Shown: positions 8,434 to 14,818 of the stretch, piece by piece
Layout of the letters: the number at the start of each line of letters is the position of its first letter
Numbering within the stretch: position 1 is the stretch's first letter
Source: Escherichia phage vB_ecoS_OzMSK
Reading direction: 5' to 3' (one strand)
Sequence record: PQ659294.1
Length of the DNA stretch: 45,053 nt
The notes under the pieces: model-generated
What the model was told of the DNA's origin: nothing
Databases searched by the model: none
Seen by the model: only the letters and a program-made list of their open reading frames with translations
Made by a program: the position numbers and the translations under genes

Positions 8434-9519
8434 ATGAGTAAAATCCGCTATGACAGCGCAAAGTTTAAGGCAACAATCGACGAGAATGGATTCTTAGTCG
8501 ATACACCAGTAGTCGCACGTCTAGGTGTGCAAGTCTACTACATGGAGGACGGTCGCACTGTTCGAGAGTTTCGCCCAGCAGAGGAGGTTTTCAAGGATGA
8601 ATCACTCTCCAGCTACCAGGGTAAGCCAATGACTCTGGATCATGTTTTCGTTAACTCAGAGAACGCTAAAGAGGTAGTGGTAGGTTCCGTTACTGGCAAA
8701 GCTGAGCCATTGGGTAGCTCAGTGGTTGCTCCGATTGTTGTTTACGATAACACAGCCATTCAGGAAGCTATGGCAGGTAACGCCAAGGAGTTATCCGTTG
8801 GTTACTCTGCAATTCTTGACGAAACCCCTGGCTGGGGTGACCCTATTACTGGTGAGTACGTACTTAAATCTGATGGTGATCAATTCGATGCGCCAGATGG
8901 TTGGCAGGAGTTCGACGCAATTCAGCGTGACATTAAAGTGAACCATCTCGCAATGGTGTATCGAGGTAGGGCAGGTATTGCCAAATTGAATATGGACGGT
9001 GAGCAGGAAAACCCGTATACTACTGACGTTGATATCAATAAAGAGGATAAACAGGAAATGATTAAGATTAAACTCGACGGCGCGCAGGAATTTGAGGTTG
9101 CCCCGGAAATCGCTTCTCACATCGAAGCACTGAACGCAAAGGCTGACACCGCAATCGCTGAGCGCGATGCACTGAAAGCTAAAGTTGATGCAATGCCTGC
9201 TGAAATTGAGGCCGCAGTTGCTAAAGCGAAAGCTGACGCTGATGCCCTGGCGGCTCTGGTAGCTGTTGCCGCTGAAGCTGGTGTCAAGGCTGACGGCCTG
9301 GATGCTAAAGGCATTAAAGTGGCTTACGTTAAAGAAATCTCCGGCCTTGATGTTGGCGAGAAGTCTGACGCGTACATCGACGCAGCGTTCGACATTGCCA
9401 AAGAATCTGATAAAATGGCTGAAGTACGTAGAGCGACTACCGCTTCCGACAAATCTGACAGCGCCGTAGAGCCTAAGAAATTAGACCCGCGTGCTCGTTT
9501 AGCTAAAATTAAGAAATAA
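8434..9519 (+). CDS. capsid scaffolding protein (putative)
   Basis: 361 aa; C-terminal half is Ala/Lys/Asp/Glu-rich predicted coiled coil; lies between head morphogenesis and capsid genes. Confidence 0.55.
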   Translation: MSKIRYDSAKFKATIDENGFLVDTPVVARLGVQVYYMEDGRTVREFRPAEEVFKDESLSSYQGKPMTLDHVFVNSENAKEVVVGSVTGKAEPLGSSVVAPIVVYDNTAIQEAMAGNAKELSVGYSAILDETPGWGDPITGEYVLKSDGDQFDAPDGWQEFDAIQRDIKVNHLAMVYRGRAGIAKLNMDGEQENPYTTDVDINKEDKQEMIKIKLDGAQEFEVAPEIASHIEALNAKADTAIAERDALKAKVDAMPAEIEAAVAKAKADADALAALVAVAAEAGVKADGLDAKGIKVAYVKEISGLDVGEKSDAYIDAAFDIAKESDKMAEVRRATTASDKSDSAVEPKKLDPRARLAKIKK

Positions 9520-9530
9520 GGAGTTATAAC

Positions 9531-10040
9531 ATGGCAATTCGTTCCGTAGCACTGGCTGGTATGGTTTCTGATACCTCTCTGTACAACATCGATGGCGCTT
9601 GTGTAGTTGGCGGCGCAGCAGCCATTCCGGTTGGCACTTTTGTTGGCGTTACATCCGCTCAGCCTGTAGATGGTCACAAGGTTGTTGGACTCCCAGTCGT
9701 AACTGGCTCGGCAGTTAAACCTTATGGTGTTGTTGTTAAATCTCATTACGAGACTCCAGATGGCACAGCTCGCGTAAATGAAGCGGTTAACGTAATGACA
9801 CATGGTCGAGTCTGGGTTCGTACAAATCTAGCGGCTGCGCCAGCTTTTGGTGGCAAGGTTTTTGTAAACGCGAGTGGCGTTGTTGTCGCAGAAGCGGCAG
9901 GTGCTACTTGGGAGACTGGTTTTACATTTGCTGGTGGTTACATTAAAAACACGAGCACAGACCCGCAAGACCTAAGCGTTGATGGCGCACTAGTTGAAGT
10001 TCAGCTTATTCAATCCGCAGGCTCAACTGTTGCAGCTTAA
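9531..10040 (+). CDS. putative head decoration / structural protein (169 aa)
   Basis: Gly/Val/Ala-rich ORF between scaffold and major capsid, followed by a strong terminator. Confidence 0.4.
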   Translation: MAIRSVALAGMVSDTSLYNIDGACVVGGAAAIPVGTFVGVTSAQPVDGHKVVGLPVVTGSAVKPYGVVVKSHYETPDGTARVNEAVNVMTHGRVWVRTNLAAAPAFGGKVFVNASGVVVAEAAGATWETGFTFAGGYIKNTSTDPQDLSVDGALVEVQLIQSAGSTVAA

Positions 10041-10055
10041 TAATTAAGATATATA

Positions 10056-10079
10056 AAGCCTCCTTCGGGAGGTTTTTTT
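10056..10079 (+). terminator. rho-independent terminator (AAAGCCTCCTTCGGGAGG + T-run)
   Basis: GC hairpin with TTCG loop and T7. Confidence 0.7.
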
Positions 10080-10085
10080 ATGTCA

Positions 10086-10113
10086 TTGCGTGGGCTAAAA
10101 ACTCGTGTATAAT
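10086..10113 (+). promoter_or_regulatory. sigma70-like promoter (TTGCGT, 16 nt, TATAAT) for the major capsid gene
   Basis: Near-consensus -35/-10 hexamers with 16-nt spacer. Confidence 0.55.
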
Positions 10114-10151
10114 GAATACGTAAACACATAACTGAAAAGGAACAATAAAGA

Positions 10152-11096
10152 ATGGCCATTAAATTTGATGCAGAACAAGCAAAAATCACCGCTCACCTCG
10201 AGCAAATGGGCGTAGAAAAAGCTGATGCCGCTGGTATCTGGACCGTTAGCCAGCTCACCGCTGCTCTGAACCGTGCTTACGAAAAAGAATACGCAGAAAA
10301 CTCAGTTGTTAATATCTTCCCTGTAACAAATGAAATTCCTGGTCACGCGAAGTATTTCGAATACCCAGAGTTTGATGGTGTTGGCATTGCTCAGATTATC
10401 GCTGACTACTCTGACGATCTGCCGCTGGTTGATGCGTTTATGACCGAGAAACAAGGCAAAGTGTTCCGTTTCGGTAACGCATTCCTGATTTCTACCGATG
10501 AAATTAAAGCGGGTGCTGCAACTGGTCAGTCTCTGTCAACTCGCAAGCAGGCATTGGCTTTCGAAGCGCACGATAACTTGCTGGATAAACTGGTGTGGTC
10601 TGGTTCCACTCCTCACGGTATCGTAAGTGTATTCGATCAACCGAACATCAACAACGTTGTTGCCACTCCAAACTGGAGCGTCGCGCAGAACGCGATTAAT
10701 GACGTCACTGCGATGATTGATGCGGTTGAGAGCTCAACCCAGGGCCTACATCATGTAACTGACATTCTGCTTCCAGCTTCCGCTCGTCGAGTGATGCAGG
10801 GACTGGTTCCGCAGACAAACCTGAGTTACGGCGAATTGTTCACTCGTAACAACCCGGGTCTGACCATTCGCTTTATGCAGTTCCTGGACAACTACGATGG
10901 CGCAGGTGGCAAGGCTGCTCTGGCGTTTGAAAAGAATCCACTCAATATGTCTATTGAGATTCCAGAAGCTACTAACGTACTTCCTGGGCAGCCCAAGGAC
11001 TTGCACTTTAAGTACCCTGTAACATCAAAGGCGACGGGTTTGATCGTTTATCGTCCACTGACGATGGCTGTAATGAAAGGTATCACCTTCGCGTAA
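10152..11096 (+). CDS. major capsid protein
   Basis: 314 aa; own promoter and flanking strong terminators (high-expression context); position in head module. Confidence 0.75.
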   Translation: MAIKFDAEQAKITAHLEQMGVEKADAAGIWTVSQLTAALNRAYEKEYAENSVVNIFPVTNEIPGHAKYFEYPEFDGVGIAQIIADYSDDLPLVDAFMTEKQGKVFRFGNAFLISTDEIKAGAATGQSLSTRKQALAFEAHDNLLDKLVWSGSTPHGIVSVFDQPNINNVVATPNWSVAQNAINDVTAMIDAVESSTQGLHHVTDILLPASARRVMQGLVPQTNLSYGELFTRNNPGLTIRFMQFLDNYDGAGGKAALAFEKNPLNMSIEIPEATNVLPGQPKDLHFKYPVTSKATGLIVYRPLTMAVMKGITFA

Positions 11097-11100
11097 TAAA

Positions 11101-11125
11101 CCGCCCTCTTCGGAGGGCTTTTTTT
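11101..11125 (+). terminator. rho-independent terminator (CCGCCCTCTTCGGAGGGC + T7)
   Basis: GC hairpin plus T-run; followed by ACGTCTGTA..GGTTATAATC promoter-like sequence. Confidence 0.7.
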
Positions 11126-11189
11126 ACGTCTGTACCAAATGGAATTGTTGGGTTATAATCACTCAATCAGATAAACAAAGGAGACAAAA

Positions 11190-11435
11190 ATGATTCGTTT
11201 AGAACACACTGGCGCTTGCCTTATCGTTTACAAGGGTGAGAAATATTTGCCTGGTGACACTTTCGAGGTTGATGTAATTTGCGACGGACTCAAGCGTTTA
11301 ATCGCAGAGGGTAAACTCACTATTGAAGGTGACGCTAAAGCAACCAAGCAAATCGCGCAAGAAATTGTTAGCAAGAAAAAGCGCAAAGAACCGAAAACCA
11401 TCTCCGAAGCTGAGACTGGTAACGAGTACAAATAA
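11190..11435 (+). CDS. hypothetical protein (81 aa)
   Basis: ORF with AAGGAG RBS, flanked by terminator-like hairpins. Confidence 0.5.
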   Translation: MIRLEHTGACLIVYKGEKYLPGDTFEVDVICDGLKRLIAEGKLTIEGDAKATKQIAQEIVSKKKRKEPKTISEAETGNEYK

Positions 11436-11476
11436 CAAACAGGGCGCTTCGGCGTCCTTTATTGTATGGAGCTAAT

Positions 11477-11878
11477 ATGAATGATGCAATTTTGGCGTTT
11501 ATGCGCTCTCTTGTTCCTGCGCTTAAAGCGGTGGATGACGAAGCAATTAATGTATGGATTGATTTGGCACGTCTATATGTATGCGAAAGCAAGTTTGGCG
11601 CAGACAAAGATAAGGCCGTAGGACTTTACGCGCTACACCTGATGCTTTCTGATGGCGCATTTAAGGGTGAGAGTGAAAGTCTGGAAACATACAGTCGAAG
11701 AATGGCAAGTTACGCACTGAGCGGTGAATTCTCTATCACCTATGATAACCAATCAGCAATCCAAGGTGATTTATCATCTTCCTCCTGGGGCCGCATGTAC
11801 AAAGCACTGCTCCGCAAGAAAGGTGGCGGCTTTGGATTTATTACTTCCGCTGGTGGCGGCGGGTGCGGTTGCCGATGA
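11477..11878 (+). CDS. head-tail connector / neck protein (putative)
   Basis: 133-aa ORF (ATG 11477 with GGAG RBS) in neck region; Gly-rich C-terminus. Confidence 0.4.
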   Translation: MNDAILAFMRSLVPALKAVDDEAINVWIDLARLYVCESKFGADKDKAVGLYALHLMLSDGAFKGESESLETYSRRMASYALSGEFSITYDNQSAIQGDLSSSSWGRMYKALLRKKGGGFGFITSAGGGGCGCR

Positions 11879-12246
11879 ACTACAGCGAAATCGAATCAAT
11901 CACTCGCTCTGGCATTGACTTCTTTAGTGATGCCAATGGCGTTTATGAAATGAGTACTGGTGATGGATATGTTGAAATCGTTAACGGCGTTGAAGTTGAA
12001 GTTCCTTCGCAAACACTTCAGCTAAAAGGCTTGGTGCGAGAAATCAAGACGCGAGATATCGATGGCGAGTTTATCCAGTTTGGCGATAAGCGCGGAATCT
12101 TCACGGCACAGGTAGAAATCAAGCAGGGTTATCAGATTAAAGTTGATGGCGAGACTTTTGTTGTTGTTGATCCTCGCCCAGTTAAACCAACTGGTACAGT
12201 TGTTGGTTATAGACCAATTCTTCGTAGGGTGACTACTTATGGCTAG
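11875..12246 (+). CDS. head-tail joining protein (putative)
   Basis: ATGA stop-start overlap at 11875; position in neck module. Confidence 0.4.
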   Translation: MNYSEIESITRSGIDFFSDANGVYEMSTGDGYVEIVNGVEVEVPSQTLQLKGLVREIKTRDIDGEFIQFGDKRGIFTAQVEIKQGYQIKVDGETFVVVDPRPVKPTGTVVGYRPILRRVTTYG

Positions 12247-12688
12247 TTTTATACCGAAGGCTAATGGCGGGGTTATTGAATTTAGCCGTTCCATTTCTGA
12301 ATGGATAGATAAGGTTGAATCTGGAGTTGATGAGGTTGTTGCAGGAACCATTATCAAGACAGCCAAGGGTCTGGTAGATCAGTCACCGGTTGACACTGGT
12401 AGATTTAAAGCCAACTGGCAAATAACAGCAAACTCCCCGGCTCAGCAGTCAGTAATTGACTATGATAAACTTGGAACAGAGACCAAAAGAGCACTCGCAA
12501 GACAGGCAAGGGCGGTAGCCAGAGCAAAGGGAACAAAGGTCATTTACATAACAAACAGGCTTGATTACTCAATTCACCTTGAGTATGGCGGCTCGGGTCA
12601 AGCACCAAACGGCATTATTAGGATTGTTCAGATGCGGCTTGGTCGATACTTCCAGGAAGCAGTAGAGGAGGCTAAACGTGCACTATGA
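12239..12688 (+). CDS. tail completion protein (HK97 gp10-like, putative)
   Basis: 149 aa; motif DTGRFKANW resembles the HK97 gp10 family signature; overlapping start. Confidence 0.45.
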   Translation: MASFIPKANGGVIEFSRSISEWIDKVESGVDEVVAGTIIKTAKGLVDQSPVDTGRFKANWQITANSPAQQSVIDYDKLGTETKRALARQARAVARAKGTKVIYITNRLDYSIHLEYGGSGQAPNGIIRIVQMRLGRYFQEAVEEAKRAL

Positions 12689-13079
12689 ATTGTCTATAGC
12701 TGCCAGGAAATATGTTAATGATTTGCTGGTGAGTAGCTTCCCAGTCAGATATCCAGTATCTTGGGAAAACGTTGCTTTCACTCCTCCAGCAGATGGCTCT
12801 ATCTGGCTAAAGTATGACTACATCGAGGTTGACACCGTAACATACGGGCTGAGCAGGAAGTGCAAATACTATGTAGGGATGGTGCAGGTTTCTGTCTTCT
12901 TCAGTCCAGGCACTGGCATTGATAAGCCTAGACAAATCGCTAATCGATTGGCAGAATCTATCGTTGATGGTACAATGCTTGACAGCGGGACCATTTATGA
13001 GTCTGGAGTTGTTAACCCGGTTATCAAATCCAAGTCTGGGTGGTTTATCCCGGTTCATTTTTATGTTCGTCTAGACTAA
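12678..13079 (+). CDS. tail terminator-like protein (putative)
   Basis: 133 aa; GTG start with GGAGGAGG RBS; position immediately before major tail gene. Confidence 0.4.
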   Translation: MHYELSIAARKYVNDLLVSSFPVRYPVSWENVAFTPPADGSIWLKYDYIEVDTVTYGLSRKCKYYVGMVQVSVFFSPGTGIDKPRQIANRLAESIVDGTMLDSGTIYESGVVNPVIKSKSGWFIPVHFYVRLD

Positions 13080-13094
13080 CAAAAGGAAAAATAC

Positions 13095-13751
13095 ATGGCT
13101 CATCTCAGCAATGGCACGCAGGTCTTCGTAGAAGGCTCTCGCGGTGACACAATTGATGTAACTGCAATTTCTAACGCAGCTACCCCTGTTTTAACTGTAT
13201 CTGACGCCTCTGGCTTGGTTGTTGGTGATTACCTGCTTTTCACCTCATCGGCCTCTACACTTCTGGCTGACAAGCAAGTACGAATTACTGCAATTTCTGG
13301 CACTTCGGTAACAGTTGAAGGTATTGATACCTCCAACACCACTAAGTTCCCTGCTGGCTTAACTGGTGAAGTTGTTAAGATTACTTCATGGTTCGAAGTC
13401 CCGTGTGTTCAGGACGTATCTACTGACGGCGGCGAACAGCAGTTTGTTAACTTCCAGTGCCTTTCTGATGACCGCGAACAGCAGATTCCGACTTATAAAT
13501 CTGCGGTAACAAACACCTTCACCTTTGCTCACGAGTACACCAACCAGGTCTATCCGGTTCTGCGTAACTACGATGAGTCTGGCCAGGTTGTCGCGATTCG
13601 TCTGTTCGTACCTCGCGCTCAGGAAATGCGTTTGCAGTCCGGCACTATCACTTTCAACGACACCCCTACCATTGGTGTTAACGAGATCGAAACGGTATCC
13701 ATCGCAGTATCAATTCGTGGTCGCCTGTCCTCTGTAGCAGCTGAAGTTTAA
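13095..13751 (+). CDS. major tail protein
   Basis: 218-aa Thr/Ser/Val-rich ORF followed by a strong terminator; precedes chaperone pair and tape measure. Confidence 0.65.
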   Translation: MAHLSNGTQVFVEGSRGDTIDVTAISNAATPVLTVSDASGLVVGDYLLFTSSASTLLADKQVRITAISGTSVTVEGIDTSNTTKFPAGLTGEVVKITSWFEVPCVQDVSTDGGEQQFVNFQCLSDDREQQIPTYKSAVTNTFTFAHEYTNQVYPVLRNYDESGQVVAIRLFVPRAQEMRLQSGTITFNDTPTIGVNEIETVSIAVSIRGRLSSVAAEV

Positions 13752-13757
13752 AACACA

Positions 13758-13779
13758 AACCCTCTTCGGAGGGTTTTTT
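13758..13779 (+). terminator. rho-independent terminator (AAACCCTCTTCGGAGGGTTTTTT)
   Basis: GC hairpin with TTCG loop and T-run. Confidence 0.7.
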
Positions 13780-13784
13780 ATTGC

Positions 13785-13827
13785 ATAGCACTTTTGCTAA
13801 AGCACTTATTCAGCTTTACTGTATAGT
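13785..13827 (+). promoter_or_regulatory. degenerate class-A cassette (ATAGCACTTTTGCTAAAG, then TATAGT) driving the moron
   Basis: Variant of the inverted-repeat motif plus -10-like TATAGT and a leader resembling other cassettes. Confidence 0.4.
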
Positions 13828-13860
13828 TATCTCATCTAAACGAAATGAGAGATTAAAGAA

Positions 13861-14109
13861 ATGAATAACGTTAAAAACATCATCAAACTTGCTGCAGTTC
13901 TTGTTGCTTTTTATGCAGTAGTTCAGATTGTTAACCCAACTGGCGAGGCTGATGCCAATAGCAAGGCAAACAAATATACCGTTGAGTTCGCTAAAGCTGA
14001 GCGAGCATGCCAGGAGCTTGTGGGTAGTAAAGTTGACCAAATCATGAAATATGGCAAAGAGGTCTGCAAGGACTCAGCTGCTAAGATTGCAAAAGAAAAC
14101 ACTAAGTAA
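13861..14109 (+). CDS. small secreted or membrane-anchored protein (82 aa); moron candidate inside the tail module
   Basis: N-terminal hydrophobic segment IIKLAAVLVAFYAVVQIV; own promoter-like cassette and upstream terminator; AT-rich flank. Confidence 0.5.
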   Translation: MNNVKNIIKLAAVLVAFYAVVQIVNPTGEADANSKANKYTVEFAKAERACQELVGSKVDQIMKYGKEVCKDSAAKIAKENTK

Positions 14110-14148
14110 TAGAATACATACTCACAAACAATAAGAGGATTAACTAAG

Positions 14149-14463
14149 ATGGCTAAGTTCAAACTTTCACTGGCAGCACTCCCTGACTTCAAGCTTCCGG
14201 TAAAATTCAAGCTGGCTAACGACCAGGATGTAGAGGTTATCTTTACAGTCAAGCATAAGAAAACATCTGAGCTTCAGGAGCTTTTGCAGAAAGAAGACTT
14301 GAGTACTAAAGAATTGATTATGGCAATCGCCTCTGATTGGGATTTGGAAGAAGAATACAACGAGGATAACGTTAATGAGTTCTCCGACCTGTTCCCAGCG
14401 TCAACAGTTGCACTGACTACCGCTTACATGCAGGCACTGGCAGGCCAGCGGGTAAAAAACTAA
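14149..14463 (+). CDS. tail assembly chaperone (lambda G-like)
   Basis: 104-aa acidic ORF immediately upstream of tape measure; ends with slippery heptamer A_AAA_AAC then TAA. Confidence 0.65.
   Translation: MAKFKLSLAALPDFKLPVKFKLANDQDVEVIFTVKHKKTSELQELLQKEDLSTKELIMAIASDWDLEEEYNEDNVNEFSDLFPASTVALTTAYMQALAGQRVKN
14454..14460 (+). promoter_or_regulatory. candidate -1 programmed frameshift site (A_AAA_AAC)
   Basis: X_XXY_YYZ heptamer in the zero frame two codons before the G stop; the -1 frame is open into ORF 14472..14783. Confidence 0.55.
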
Positions 14464-14471
14464 AGAGGGCG

Positions 14472-14783
14472 GTGTATCTACAGTACCAGTCAGATCCAAC
14501 AGATGCCGAACTGGAAGCTATTGGGATGCGCCGCTCTGATTACGAAGACGAAGAGCCTGAAGTTTTGCACTTCGACGATAACATGATGAAGGCGTGGGAC
14601 ATTTATTGTTCAATGGCGACACAGTGGAGAGTCGGAGCCAACGGACCAACGGGCCTAGATTACAACGTGCTAAATTTCCTCTTTAGAGTGTATAATGTTT
14701 CTGAAGAGGAATTGGTACTCAGCGATTTACGCATCCTTGAAGCTAAGGCTCTCGAGATGATGGATAACCTGATAAAAAAATAA
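14472..14783 (+). CDS. tail assembly chaperone T-like extension (probably made as a G-T fusion by -1 frameshift)
   Basis: ORF in the -1 frame relative to G, no convincing independent RBS, followed by terminator and tape measure. Confidence 0.5.
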   Translation: MYLQYQSDPTDAELEAIGMRRSDYEDEEPEVLHFDDNMMKAWDIYCSMATQWRVGANGPTGLDYNVLNFLFRVYNVSEEELVLSDLRILEAKALEMMDNLIKK

Positions 14784-14806
14784 CCCGCTTCGGCGGGTTT
14801 TCTATT
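14782..14806 (+). terminator. terminator-like hairpin (AACCCGCTTCGGCGGGTT + TTCTATT)
   Basis: GC hairpin with TTCG loop; weak T-run. Confidence 0.45.
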
Positions 14807-14818
14807 ATGGAGGCTTAG

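Noticed and set aside
6096-9803. Minus-strand ORFs overlapping terminase, portal, head morphogenesis and scaffold genes (6096..6434, 7025..7294, 7353..7697, 7633..7983, 8791..9120, 9117..9314, 9324..9803)
   Set aside because: Antisense shadow ORFs within the plus-strand late operon; no independent expression signals
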